From Candidatus Omnitrophota bacterium (GTDB lineage: Bacteria > Ratteibacteria > UBA8468 > MWAK01), in NCBI GenBank assembly GCA_043826355.1, contig JBDRQI010000011.1, positions 1 through 64,000 on the forward strand: a DNA stretch of 64,000 nt, read 5' to 3'. A program made the position numbers and the translations under genes. How positions within the stretch are numbered: position 1 is the first letter of the stretch; every line of letters starts with the position of its first letter. Of the stretch, positions 9,539 through 17,649 are shown in pieces. The notes beneath the pieces are model-generated. The model saw nothing but the letters and a program-made list of their open reading frames with translations. It searched no databases and was not told the DNA's origin.

Positions 9539-10330
9539 ATGAAAAAGATGAATTGGGTTCTTTTGCCGGTAGTTGTTTTTGCATTTTCACTGCTGGCCGG
9601 ATGCGCCACCGGTCCCGAACGCGCCGGTAAAGATTTGTCCTGGTGGGGCCAGTCCGGGGCGCAGGATGCGCCGGTAATGGACGCGGACACAACGGAAGAG
9701 ACGTCAAACCCGACCGCAACGGCGCTCAAGGAAGGTTCCTGGTGGATGCCGGACCAATCAGCCGAAGGTATAGAAGATAATACCCAGTGGGGAAACAGGG
9801 GTTATGTTTACGTAGCCGAAACCACGGCTCCCCCGGAACCCCCGGCTCCCGCACCCGTCCCGAAAGCAGCGGCGCCAAAGCCGGTAGAGAAGATTGTCGA
9901 GAAGCAGGTGATTGTGGAAAAGATAGTGGAAAAGCCGGTCGACCGGATTGTTGAAAAGGTTGTTGAGAAAACAGTATACGTAGACAAGATAGTGGAAAAA
10001 CAGGTCTATGTCAACGTCCAGGACGTCTATTTTGACTATGACAGTTCAGCGTTAGGGCCTTTCAACCGGGGAATCCTGGACCAGAACGCGAAGGTATTCA
10101 AGGAATACCCGAACCTGAAGGCGATATTACTTGGCTACGCCTCGCCTGAGGGCACCGATGAGTATAACCTGAAACTGTCCGAACGCCGGGCCGTCGCAGT
10201 CAAGGATTACCTGGTCAGGGCGGGCATCCCGGAAGAGATTCTCATCGTGAAACCGATGGGCGAATTGGAAGCGGTTAAATCATCCTGGCCTTTTGCCCGG
10301 AAGGTTCATTTCGAAGTAATCTCCGAGTAG
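9539..10330 (+). CDS. OmpA/Pal-family lipoprotein with Pro-rich linker and VEKIVEK repeats
   Basis: Lipobox LAGC; VYFDYDSS, G....GTDEYNLKLSERRAVAVKDYL. Confidence 0.88.
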   Translation: MKKMNWVLLPVVVFAFSLLAGCATGPERAGKDLSWWGQSGAQDAPVMDADTTEETSNPTATALKEGSWWMPDQSAEGIEDNTQWGNRGYVYVAETTAPPEPPAPAPVPKAAAPKPVEKIVEKQVIVEKIVEKPVDRIVEKVVEKTVYVDKIVEKQVYVNVQDVYFDYDSSALGPFNRGILDQNAKVFKEYPNLKAILLGYASPEGTDEYNLKLSERRAVAVKDYLVRAGIPEEILIVKPMGELEAVKSSWPFARKVHFEVISE

Positions 10331-10345
10331 GATAACAGGACGGAA

Positions 10346-10380
10346 TAAGGGCCCTATCCGCCCTTTAGGTAGGGCCCTTA
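10346..10380 (+). terminator. Hairpin terminator after the OmpA-family gene
   Basis: TAAGGGCCCTA...TAGGGCCCTTA inverted repeat. Confidence 0.6.
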
Positions 10381-10417
10381 TGTAGCGTGAAGAAAAAAGC
10401 GGGGAAAAGGAGGGGCT

Positions 10418-10582
10418 GTGTCAGGAATATTAGGGCTTATCTTGCTGGTTCTGAATATTATCGCCATTGTTGATGTCCTGAAAAGCTCTATGGATACCGG
10501 CAAAAAGGTGTTGTGGATTATCCTGATACTCGTTTTGCCTGTTATCGGTATGGTGCTCTATTTCTTGATTGGCAAGAAGTGA
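10418..10582 (+). CDS. Small membrane protein, PLDc N-terminal-domain type (54 aa, not in ORF track)
   Basis: SD AAGGAGG, GTG start, AIVDVLKS....KKVLWIILILVLPVIGMVLYFLIGKK. Confidence 0.8.
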   Translation: MSGILGLILLVLNIIAIVDVLKSSMDTGKKVLWIILILVLPVIGMVLYFLIGKK

Positions 10583-10591
10583 CGCGCTCTA

Positions 10592-10637
10592 ATTTTGAGC
10601 ACTTCTTTTAAGGTCTGCCATTCCACCACTCCGGCGT
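10592..10637 (-). repeat. Displaced 5' fragment of tRNA-Leu
   Basis: 10613-10637 identical to 5908-5932; ATTTTGAG at 10592-10599; extended -10 TGTTACAAT upstream on the minus strand (~10656-10664). Confidence 0.8.
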
Positions 10638-10691
10638 TGACTACCGAAACGATAAATTGTAACATAGTGCTTTACTTCAGATGGAGGAAGA

Positions 10692-11756
10692 ATGACAAGC
10701 CGGGAACGAATTAAGGCAGTTCTGGAGCACCGGGAAGCGGACCGGGTGCCCGTTCAGGATAGTCCCTGGGGGGCTACGGTCAGCCGCTGGCACCGGGAAG
10801 GACTTCCGGAGGAGATACCCGTTGAAGAGTATTTTGGTTACGAACTTATTCAGTTGGGCGCAGACCTTTCCGCCCGGTTTCCGATCCAAATTTTAGAGAA
10901 GAACGAAAATTACATTTTGACTACCACGCCGGACGGCGGGAAAGCAAAAAATTTCCGGGACTATTCCACCACCCCGGAAGTTGTTGATACGCAGGTTAAG
11001 ACAAAAGAAGACTGGTTTAATTTTAAACCCCGTCTGCAATCGGATTATAAGCGGATAGACTGGGCAACCACGCATAACCGCTACCACCAGATGAGGGCGG
11101 GCGGGAAATTTATCTGTTTCAGCGCAGCCGTTGGTTATGACCGCTGCCAGGGTTTTATGAACAGCGAGCGGCTGCTTATTCTGATGGCCGAAGACCCGAA
11201 TACCGCCCGGGACATGTTTGAAACCGTGGGCAAACTTGCGGTTGATACCTGCCGGATGCTTCTCAAGGAGGGTTATGAATTTGACGGCGCCTTCTTCTAC
11301 AACGATATGGGCTATAAAAATAGTTCTCTTTTTTCACCCAAGATGTATCGGGAATTAATCTTTCCGATTGACAAATACATCTTAGGTTTCTGTCACGAAA
11401 ACGGTATGAAGACGCTTCTCCATTCCTGCGGAAACGTAAAACCATTGGTTCCTTTTTTGATTGAGGCCGGCCTGGACTGCCTCGAGCCCCTGGAGGTCAA
11501 GGCCGGGATGGACCTGATTGAATTGAAAAAGATTTACGGCAACCAACTCGCTTTCATGGGCGGCATTGACGTGCGTAAAATGGTTGGCGCGGCCGCAGAC
11601 CCAACTGCGATTGAAGAGGAGATTAAAACCAAGTTTGAATCCGCCAAGAAAGGCGGAGGTTATATCTACCACTCGGACCATTCGGTGCCGAAAAACGTCA
11701 GTTTTCAGGACTATCAGAAGGTGATGGAGTTGGTCGGTAAATACGGGAACTATTAA
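10692..11756 (+). CDS. Uroporphyrinogen decarboxylase-family (URO-D/MtaA-like) protein
   Basis: MTSRERI, DMGYK, LHSCG, FMGGID, GGYIYHSDHSVP. Confidence 0.85.
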   Translation: MTSRERIKAVLEHREADRVPVQDSPWGATVSRWHREGLPEEIPVEEYFGYELIQLGADLSARFPIQILEKNENYILTTTPDGGKAKNFRDYSTTPEVVDTQVKTKEDWFNFKPRLQSDYKRIDWATTHNRYHQMRAGGKFICFSAAVGYDRCQGFMNSERLLILMAEDPNTARDMFETVGKLAVDTCRMLLKEGYEFDGAFFYNDMGYKNSSLFSPKMYRELIFPIDKYILGFCHENGMKTLLHSCGNVKPLVPFLIEAGLDCLEPLEVKAGMDLIELKKIYGNQLAFMGGIDVRKMVGAAADPTAIEEEIKTKFESAKKGGGYIYHSDHSVPKNVSFQDYQKVMELVGKYGNY

Positions 11757-11769
11757 CCGCGGAGGGCCT

Positions 11770-12735
11770 ATGAAGCTGGGTGTGTTGATGACGCTTTTCA
11801 GCGATAAGAAATTCGAAGAGGCGCTCGATTACGTAAAAGAAGTCGGCTGCGAGGCGGTGGAGATTGGCGCCGCCAACTACGCCAAAAGTCCTCATTGCGA
11901 TCCGGATGAACTTCTGGCCAGCCCGGCTAAACTCCGGAAATTCAAAGAAACGGTTGCGGAGCACGGTCTGGTTATCTCGGCGCTTTCCTGTCACGGCAAT
12001 CCCCTGCATCCGGATAAGAGCGTTGCTGAATCTCACGTCGCCGGACAGCACAAAACGATTATGCTGGCGGAAGCGTTGGGATTAAAAACAATCAATACCT
12101 TTTCCGGCTGTCCGGGCGGCGGACCAAAGGACCTGACGCCCAACTGGGTAACCTGTCCCTGGCCGGATGATTTCAGCAAGACGGTTGCCTGGCAGTGGGA
12201 GGAAAAAGTTATTCCTTTTTGGGGAAAGGAGGTAAAATTTGCGGCCGACCATGGTATAACCCGGGTTGCGCTGGAGATGCACCCCGGTTTTGTGGTCTAT
12301 AATCCGGAAACCCTTTTGAATTTAAGAAAATCAGTCGGGAAAATAATCGGCGCCAATTTTGACCCAAGCCATCTTTTTTGGCAGGGCATAGACCCGGTAC
12401 AGGCCGTACGTAAGCTTGGCAAGGCAATTTACCACGTTCACGCCAAGGATTGCCGGGTTGATTCGGTTAACACTTCAGTCAATGGTGTTCTGGATACCAA
12501 GCATTATTCCGACGAGGCAAACCGCAGCTGGATCTTCCGGACGGTAGGTTACGGTCATCCTCAAGATTTTTGGAAAGACCTGGTCGGCGCTTTACGTTTG
12601 GTAGGCTACGACGGAGTCATTTCCATTGAACACGAGGACAGCCTTCTTTCCGGACGCGAAGGATTTCTTAAAGCAGTAACCTTCCTGAAAGAGGTTATTT
12701 TTTCGGAACCCCGAGGCGCTATCTGGTGGGCGTAA
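11770..12735 (+). CDS. Sugar phosphate isomerase/epimerase (xylose-isomerase-like TIM barrel)
   Basis: ALEMHPG, NFDPSHLFWQGIDP, HVHAKD, SIEHED. Confidence 0.85.
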   Translation: MKLGVLMTLFSDKKFEEALDYVKEVGCEAVEIGAANYAKSPHCDPDELLASPAKLRKFKETVAEHGLVISALSCHGNPLHPDKSVAESHVAGQHKTIMLAEALGLKTINTFSGCPGGGPKDLTPNWVTCPWPDDFSKTVAWQWEEKVIPFWGKEVKFAADHGITRVALEMHPGFVVYNPETLLNLRKSVGKIIGANFDPSHLFWQGIDPVQAVRKLGKAIYHVHAKDCRVDSVNTSVNGVLDTKHYSDEANRSWIFRTVGYGHPQDFWKDLVGALRLVGYDGVISIEHEDSLLSGREGFLKAVTFLKEVIFSEPRGAIWWA

Positions 12736-12741
12736 AATCCC

Positions 12742-12821
12742 TGTTATTGCGAGGAGCGAAGCGCCGCGGCAATCGCAAACCTAAGAACGAGATTGCTTTG
12801 CCGAACACGCCCGCAATGACA
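12742..12821. repeat. Palindromic mini-element (GTCATTGCGAG...GCAATC / GATTGC...GCAATGAC family)
   Basis: Imperfect long inverted repeat; half-copy at ~486-516. Confidence 0.65.
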
Positions 12822-12824
12822 TCC

Positions 12825-13268
12825 TTAACAGGTCTTTTCCAGGCGTTTAATCTCGTTGATTCGACGCAGGTGACGGCCGCCGGCAAACGGCGTATTCAGG
12901 AAGGTTAAAACTATTTCCCAGGCGAGGTCCGGTCCCAGAATCCGGCCACCCAGGCAGAGGACGTTGGCGTTATTGTGGCAACGGGTTAATTTTACGGAAA
13001 AAAGTTCGTTGCAGGGCACGGCGCGAATTCCTTTAACCTTATTGGCCATGATGGCCATCCCCAGGCCGGTTCCGCAAAACAGGATGGCGCAATCAGCCTT
13101 TTTGGCAATAACCGCTTCGGCGCCGGCCAGGCCGAACTCCGGATAATCCACTCGCTTTTCGGAGTCGGTACCGAAATCCAGAACTTCATAACCTTCTTTG
13201 ATTAATTTTTCTTTGATTTCAATCTTAAGGGCAAATCCCGCGTGGTCGCTGGCGATGGCAATCTTCAT
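12825..13268 (-). CDS. rpiB: Ribose-5-phosphate isomerase B
   Basis: IASDHAG, CGTGLG, HNNANVLCLGGR, GGRHLRRI. Confidence 0.95.
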   Translation of the reverse strand: MKIAIASDHAGFALKIEIKEKLIKEGYEVLDFGTDSEKRVDYPEFGLAGAEAVIAKKADCAILFCGTGLGMAIMANKVKGIRAVPCNELFSVKLTRCHNNANVLCLGGRILGPDLAWEIVLTFLNTPFAGGRHLRRINEIKRLEKTC

Positions 13269-13355
13269 AATACCCCCGTTTGGTTGGCGAGGCTGAAAGC
13301 CTCATACTACATTATAAGCTGGGTTCCCGCTTAATACATGCGGGAATGACGAGCA

Positions 13356-13922
13356 TTAGGTTCTGATAATTACCGGCTGAGCGCCGGTGAAATCGTATAC
13401 AACCGAGGCTTTGCCCGGGATTTCACCGCCGTCAACAACCAAATCTACTTCGGTCAGAAGTTTTTCAGAGATTCGAGAAATACAACCGGCTGGTTCTTCT
13501 CCGGAGAGATTAGCGCTGGTTCCGGCGATGGCTTGTCCGACCCGGCGGATTACTTCTCTTAAAAAGGGGTGGTTTGGGATGCGCAGGGCAACCGTTCCGT
13601 TCCGGCAGACCCAGGGCGGTAACTCTTTTTTGGCATTTAAGACCAGGGTGGTTGCGCCGGGCCAGAATTCAGCGGCTGCCTCCCGGGCGGTTGGTGAAAA
13701 ATAAGCCAGAGAGAGGGCTTCGTCAAGGTCTGCTACTAAAATGGGTAAGGGCTTGCCTGGTTGCCGGTTCTTAATTTTAAATATTTTTCTGAGCACTTCC
13801 TCCTCAAGGATGCAGCCTAAACCATAAACAGTGTCGGTGGGGAAGATGGCTACTTTTTTGTCCCGGAAGGCTTGCGCCAGTTTTTCGGCGGCAGCCCGGT
13901 TTGTTGTTTTTAAGGTCGGCAC
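13356..13922 (-). CDS. tsaC: Threonylcarbamoyl-AMP synthase (YrdC/Sua5)
   Basis: FPTDTVYGLG, K.R...KPL, WPG..TL, GTSANLSG. Confidence 0.92.
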   Translation of the reverse strand: MPTLKTTNRAAAEKLAQAFRDKKVAIFPTDTVYGLGCILEEEVLRKIFKIKNRQPGKPLPILVADLDEALSLAYFSPTAREAAAEFWPGATTLVLNAKKELPPWVCRNGTVALRIPNHPFLREVIRRVGQAIAGTSANLSGEEPAGCISRISEKLLTEVDLVVDGGEIPGKASVVYDFTGAQPVIIRT

Positions 13923-13928
13923 GCTTTA

Positions 13929-13981
13929 ATTATAATTTCTTTCCGTACTTTTTGACAAGTTAGGCGGTTTTGGGATAAAAT
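13929..13981. promoter_or_regulatory. Overlapping divergent sigma70 promoters (tsaC / rplM)
   Basis: Plus strand TTGACA (13952) N18 TAAAAT (13976); minus strand TTGTCA N18 TATAAT (13934-13929). Confidence 0.65.
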
Positions 13982-14018
13982 TTAACACTCTGGTTGCGTC
14001 AAGATTTAATAAAAGATG

Positions 14019-14141
14019 CACCGCAGAGGTCGCAGAGACCGCCGAGAAATATAATATAGAGTTAAGAAAAAAACTTAAAGAAATAACGATTAATAATCTT
14101 CAGTAATTCTCTGCGTGTTGTGTTCCGCGTACTCTGCGGTT
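14019..14141. repeat. Gene-less inverted 9-mer repeat cassette (CGCAGAG units / CTCTGCG units)
   Basis: ACCGCAGAGGTCGCAGAGACCGCCGAG ... CTCTGCGTG..TTCCGCGTACTCTGCGGT around an AT-rich core. Confidence 0.6.
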
Positions 14142-14179
14142 AAATATTGACAATGCTTTTAATTAAACGGAGATTAAAA

Positions 14180-14575
14180 ATGGAAAGATACTGGTATCTG
14201 ATTGATGCGGAAGGCAAGGTCCTGGGACGGATAGCGACCAGGATTGCTACCCTGTTGATGGGAAAAGGAAAGCCGGAATACCGGCCCCACCTGGATTGCG
14301 GTGATTTTGTGGTGGTGATTAATGCCGAGAAGGTAAAAGTGACCGGCAATAAGATGGAGGATAAGATTTACCGCAAGCATTCCGGTTACCTCGGCGGATT
14401 GAAAGAGATTAAACTGAAGAATTTACTGGCAAAGAAACCGGAAAGGGTCATCGAGTTTGCAGTTAAGGGAATGCTGCCCAAAAACCGGCTGGCCGAAAAT
14501 CTTTTTAAAAAATTAAAAGTTTATTCCGGTTCCGAACATCCCTACGCATCCCAGAACCCAACGGTGTTAACGTAG
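14180..14575 (+). CDS. rplM: 50S ribosomal protein L13
   Basis: [41 protein letters not shown]. Confidence 0.97.
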   Translation: MERYWYLIDAEGKVLGRIATRIATLLMGKGKPEYRPHLDCGDFVVVINAEKVKVTGNKMEDKIYRKHSGYLGGLKEIKLKNLLAKKPERVIEFAVKGMLPKNRLAENLFKKLKVYSGSEHPYASQNPTVLT

Positions 14576-14642
14576 TCGCCACAAATAATGCGCGGATTCC
14601 CGCTTACCACATGCGGGAGTGACAAAGGAATTGGAGGTAGAA

Positions 14643-15872
14643 ATGGCTAAAATTTATATTATTGACGTAACCAACCGGGACGGGGTCCAGACATCGCGAC
14701 TGGCTCTGGCGAAACTCCAGAAGACGCTCATCAACATCTTTCTGAGCAAGATGGGTGTTTTTCAGAGTGAAATGGGTTTTCCGACTACCCGCCACGAAAT
14801 CAATTATTTGAAAGCAAACCTTTCTCTGGTTAAAAAAGGCGTTTTGGCGCCGATGGTTATTTCCGGTTGGATGCGCGCTATTAAACAGGACGTAGAAGAT
14901 GCCCTGAAGAACGTTCCGATCGAAAACATCAATATCTCCATCTCCACGTCCGACCAGATGATTCAGGGAAAGTTTATGGGCAAGGTTACGCGTCAGGATG
15001 TCATCAAAAAGATGGTTGAGGCCTTAAAAACCGCCAAATCCGGAGATGTAAAAACGGTTGGCGTAAACGCCGAGGATGCTTCCCGGACTGACCTTGAATA
15101 CCTGATTGATTTTGGCAATGCGGCCAAAGAAAATGGCGCGGCCCGCCTTCGTTACTGTGATACGCTGGGTTATGACAGCCCTTTCAGCATTTATGACCGG
15201 ATTGCCTACGTTGCCGAAAAGGTACAGATTCCGATTGAACTTCATTGTCACAATGACCTGGGGCTGGCGGTTGCGGTCAGTATTTCCGGCGCAAAAGCCG
15301 CGGTAGATGCCGGTGTTGACGCTTATATCAATACAACCGTTAACGGTTTGGGAGAGCGTTGCGGGAATGCTGATTTAGTTTCGGTAATTCTGGCTCTCAA
15401 AAAAGCCGCCGGTTTTTCCGACAAGTATCAATTGGATGACGCGGTTGATTTAACGATGGCCTGGAAACTGACAAAATACGCCTCCTATGCTTTTGGGATT
15501 CCGATTCCGATTAACCAGGTTGGAGTCGGCGCCAATGCGTTTGCCCATGAGTCCGGTATTCACGTTGACGGCGCGCTCAAGGATTCCCGTAATTATGAAC
15601 TGTACCATTACGAAGAACTGGGCCGGGGGGAACCGGAAGTGATTGAAACCGGCCGGATGATTACCGTTGGTGAATACAGCGGAATTAAGGGCTTCCGTAA
15701 TGTTTACGGGAAGATGGAAATTGAGTTTAAGGACGAGGAAGAGGCGCGGCGTATTCTGGACCTGGTCCGCTACGCCAACGTCCATACCCAGAAGCCTCTG
15801 GTGGAAGATGAACTCAGATTTATCGCCGCGTACCCGGAAGAGGCAACCTTGCTGATGACGATGTCTCCGTAA
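14643..15872 (+). CDS. DRE-TIM acyltransferase, homocitrate-synthase-annotated group, likely Re-citrate synthase
   Basis: IDVTNRDGVQT, NAEDASRT, HCHNDLG, GERCGNAD, AHESGIH. From memory resembles the Dehalococcoides enzyme shown to be a Re-citrate synthase. Confidence 0.75.
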   Translation: MAKIYIIDVTNRDGVQTSRLALAKLQKTLINIFLSKMGVFQSEMGFPTTRHEINYLKANLSLVKKGVLAPMVISGWMRAIKQDVEDALKNVPIENINISISTSDQMIQGKFMGKVTRQDVIKKMVEALKTAKSGDVKTVGVNAEDASRTDLEYLIDFGNAAKENGAARLRYCDTLGYDSPFSIYDRIAYVAEKVQIPIELHCHNDLGLAVAVSISGAKAAVDAGVDAYINTTVNGLGERCGNADLVSVILALKKAAGFSDKYQLDDAVDLTMAWKLTKYASYAFGIPIPINQVGVGANAFAHESGIHVDGALKDSRNYELYHYEELGRGEPEVIETGRMITVGEYSGIKGFRNVYGKMEIEFKDEEEARRILDLVRYANVHTQKPLVEDELRFIAAYPEEATLLMTMSP

Positions 15873-15877
15873 CCACA

Positions 15878-15962
15878 GTGAACCGTAAATGGTAAATAGT
15901 GAACAGTAAAAAATTTTTAAAAACTAAGGTGGATACCATTCACAATTCACGATTAACCATTT
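15878..15962. repeat. Gene-less inverted heptamer-repeat cassette
   Basis: GTGAACC GTAAATG GTAAATA GTGAACA ... CCATTCA CAATTCA CGATTAA CCATT. Confidence 0.6.
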
Positions 15963-15964
15963 TT

Positions 15965-17218
15965 ATGGGACAGACGATTGCGGAAAAAATATTAAGCGCC
16001 AAAAGCGGCCGGAAGGTTTTTGCCGGAGAACTTTGCCTGGCGGAAGTTGATTTTGCTTTTGCGCAGGACGGCACTGCGCCGCTGGCGATTGAAGCGTTTC
16101 AAAAGATGTCCGGTAAAGCGGTGTCAAGTCCGGACCGGACCGCTTTTTTTATAGACCACAGTGCGCCCAGTCCGAACCTGGGTGTTTCCAACCTGCATCA
16201 GATGATGCGGCGTTTTGCTGCGGAAAAGGGCATCCGGTTTTACGAAGCCGGAACCGGCGTTTGCCATATTCTAATTTCGGAAGAAGGATTTGTGAAATGC
16301 GGCGCGTTGATCGTCGGCGCCGACAGTCATACGCCGACCAGCGGCGCCCTGAACGCTTTTGCCACCGGCGTTGGTTCCACTGACCTGGCCGCAACCATTA
16401 TCAGCGGCAAGTTATGGTTCAAGGTGCCGGAGACGATTCGCATTCAACTTTCCGGTAGACTGCCGGAAGGAACTTACGCCAAGGATGCGGCGCTTTTTTT
16501 AATTAAAAGTCTTACCGCCAGCGGAGGCAATTATAAAAGCCTGGAGCCGTTCGGCCCGGTTGTGGATGAACTTTCCGTAGACGGTCGTTTTACGATTGCC
16601 AACCTGGCGATGGAGGCCGGCGCCAAAGCGTGTATTTTTAGAGCCGACGAAAAGACCTTTCAGTGGCTGGGTGCGCACGGTCTTTCCCGGGACGAATGCC
16701 GGCCGGTCTCTTCTGACCCGGACGCAGCGTTTGCCGGAATTTCCTTTGATCTTTCGGAACTGCCTCCCCAGATTGCGGTTCCGCATAAGGTTGACAACGT
16801 TTGTCCGGTTGGGGATAAGGCGGGTTTGAAAATCAACCAGGCTTTTATCGGTACGTGCACCAATGGCCGGCTGGAGGATTTGCGGATAGCCGACCGTGTC
16901 ATCGGAAACCGGAAAGTTAATTCGGCATGCCGGTTGATTGTTGCGCCGGGCAGCCGGCGGATTCTGCTTGAGGCGATAGGAGAGGGTATAATCCCGCGTT
17001 TGGTGGCTGCAGGCGCCATCCTGGTTACGCCCGGTTGCGGGCCGTGCGTGGGAACCCATAACGGTGTTCCGGCTGACGGAGAGGTTGTCATTTCCACCGC
17101 CAACCGTAATTTTTTGGGACGGATGGGTAACCCTAAATCGGAAATATACCTGGCTTCGCCGGCTACGGTTGCCGCCAGCGCAATAGCCGGTGAGATAATT
17201 GAAGCTAGTATACAGTAA
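15965..17218 (+). CDS. leuC: 3-isopropylmalate dehydratase / homoaconitase large subunit (aconitase family)
   Basis: MGQTIAEKIL, GADSHT, GTCTNGRLEDLR, GCGPC.G, STANRNFLGRMG. Confidence 0.85.
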   Translation: MGQTIAEKILSAKSGRKVFAGELCLAEVDFAFAQDGTAPLAIEAFQKMSGKAVSSPDRTAFFIDHSAPSPNLGVSNLHQMMRRFAAEKGIRFYEAGTGVCHILISEEGFVKCGALIVGADSHTPTSGALNAFATGVGSTDLAATIISGKLWFKVPETIRIQLSGRLPEGTYAKDAALFLIKSLTASGGNYKSLEPFGPVVDELSVDGRFTIANLAMEAGAKACIFRADEKTFQWLGAHGLSRDECRPVSSDPDAAFAGISFDLSELPPQIAVPHKVDNVCPVGDKAGLKINQAFIGTCTNGRLEDLRIADRVIGNRKVNSACRLIVAPGSRRILLEAIGEGIIPRLVAAGAILVTPGCGPCVGTHNGVPADGEVVISTANRNFLGRMGNPKSEIYLASPATVAASAIAGEIIEASIQ

Positions 17219-17245
17219 ACAGTAGACGCATATACCGGGGAAAGA

Positions 17246-17605
17246 GTGAAAGCGAATACATTCGAGGATTTAGAAGTTTGGAGAAAAGCTCACCAATTAG
17301 CTTTGGATATTTATAAATATACGAAAAATTTTCCGCGAGAAGAACAGTTTGGACTAATTTCCCAAATGAGACGGGCAGTCGTGTCTGTACCTGCCAACAT
17401 AACCGAAGGATTTAAAAAACGAAAGAAAAATGATAAAATAAATTATTATAATATTGCTCAAGCATCGTTAGAAGAATTGCGATATTAGCTGATACTTTCA
17501 AAAAATCTAAATTATTTACCTGAAAACAACGAATTGAATTTGCGCATAGATGAAACAGCAAAAATGTTGCATTTTTTAATTCTTTCTATCAAAGACAGAA
17601 ATTAA
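17246..17605 (+). pseudogene. Four-helix-bundle (23S rRNA IVP / Avd-like) protein with internal TAG at 17486-17488
   Basis: FEDLEVWRKAH...FPREEQFGLISQMRRAVVSVPANITEG; family-like sequence continues in frame past the TAG (LILSKNLNYL) to TAA at 17603. Confidence 0.8.
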
Positions 17606-17649
17606 TCTTTTCCCTGTATGCTGTCTACAGTATACCGTCTACTAATCTT

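Larger units (their letters stand above)
5892..10637. mobile_element. Genomic island 2, bounded by a duplication of the tRNA-Leu 5' half; no integrase
   Basis: 25-bp direct repeat 5908-5932 = 10613-10637, anticodon-loop octamer ATTTTGAG at 5892 and 10592, inverted homologous arm at ~6010-6113. Confidence 0.7.

Noticed and set aside
9880..10005. DNA tandem repeat in the OmpA gene
   Set aside because: The repetition is at protein level (VEKIVEK) with varied codons; it is not a mobile or contingency repeat.
6261..10380. Integron cassette array (hairpins as attC sites)
   Set aside because: The hairpins are short terminator-like stems without RYYYAAC/GTTRRRY ends, and there is no intI.
412..10612. 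Integrase gene within either island
   Set aside because: No ORF with tyrosine (R-H-R-Y) or serine recombinase motifs; the only DDE sequence is the broken IS3.
17486..17488. Amber recoding or pyrrolysine in the four-helix gene
   Set aside because: TAG terminates many intact genes here (e.g. 1853, 5617, 10330, 14575); a point mutation or sequencing error is simpler.
6296..17605. Diversity-generating retroelement (FGE/CLec-fold target plus Avd-like four-helix gene)
   Set aside because: No reverse transcriptase and no adenine-variant template repeat of the FGE 3' end. The nearby 102-bp repeat matches OmpA, and the four-helix gene is 10 kb away.
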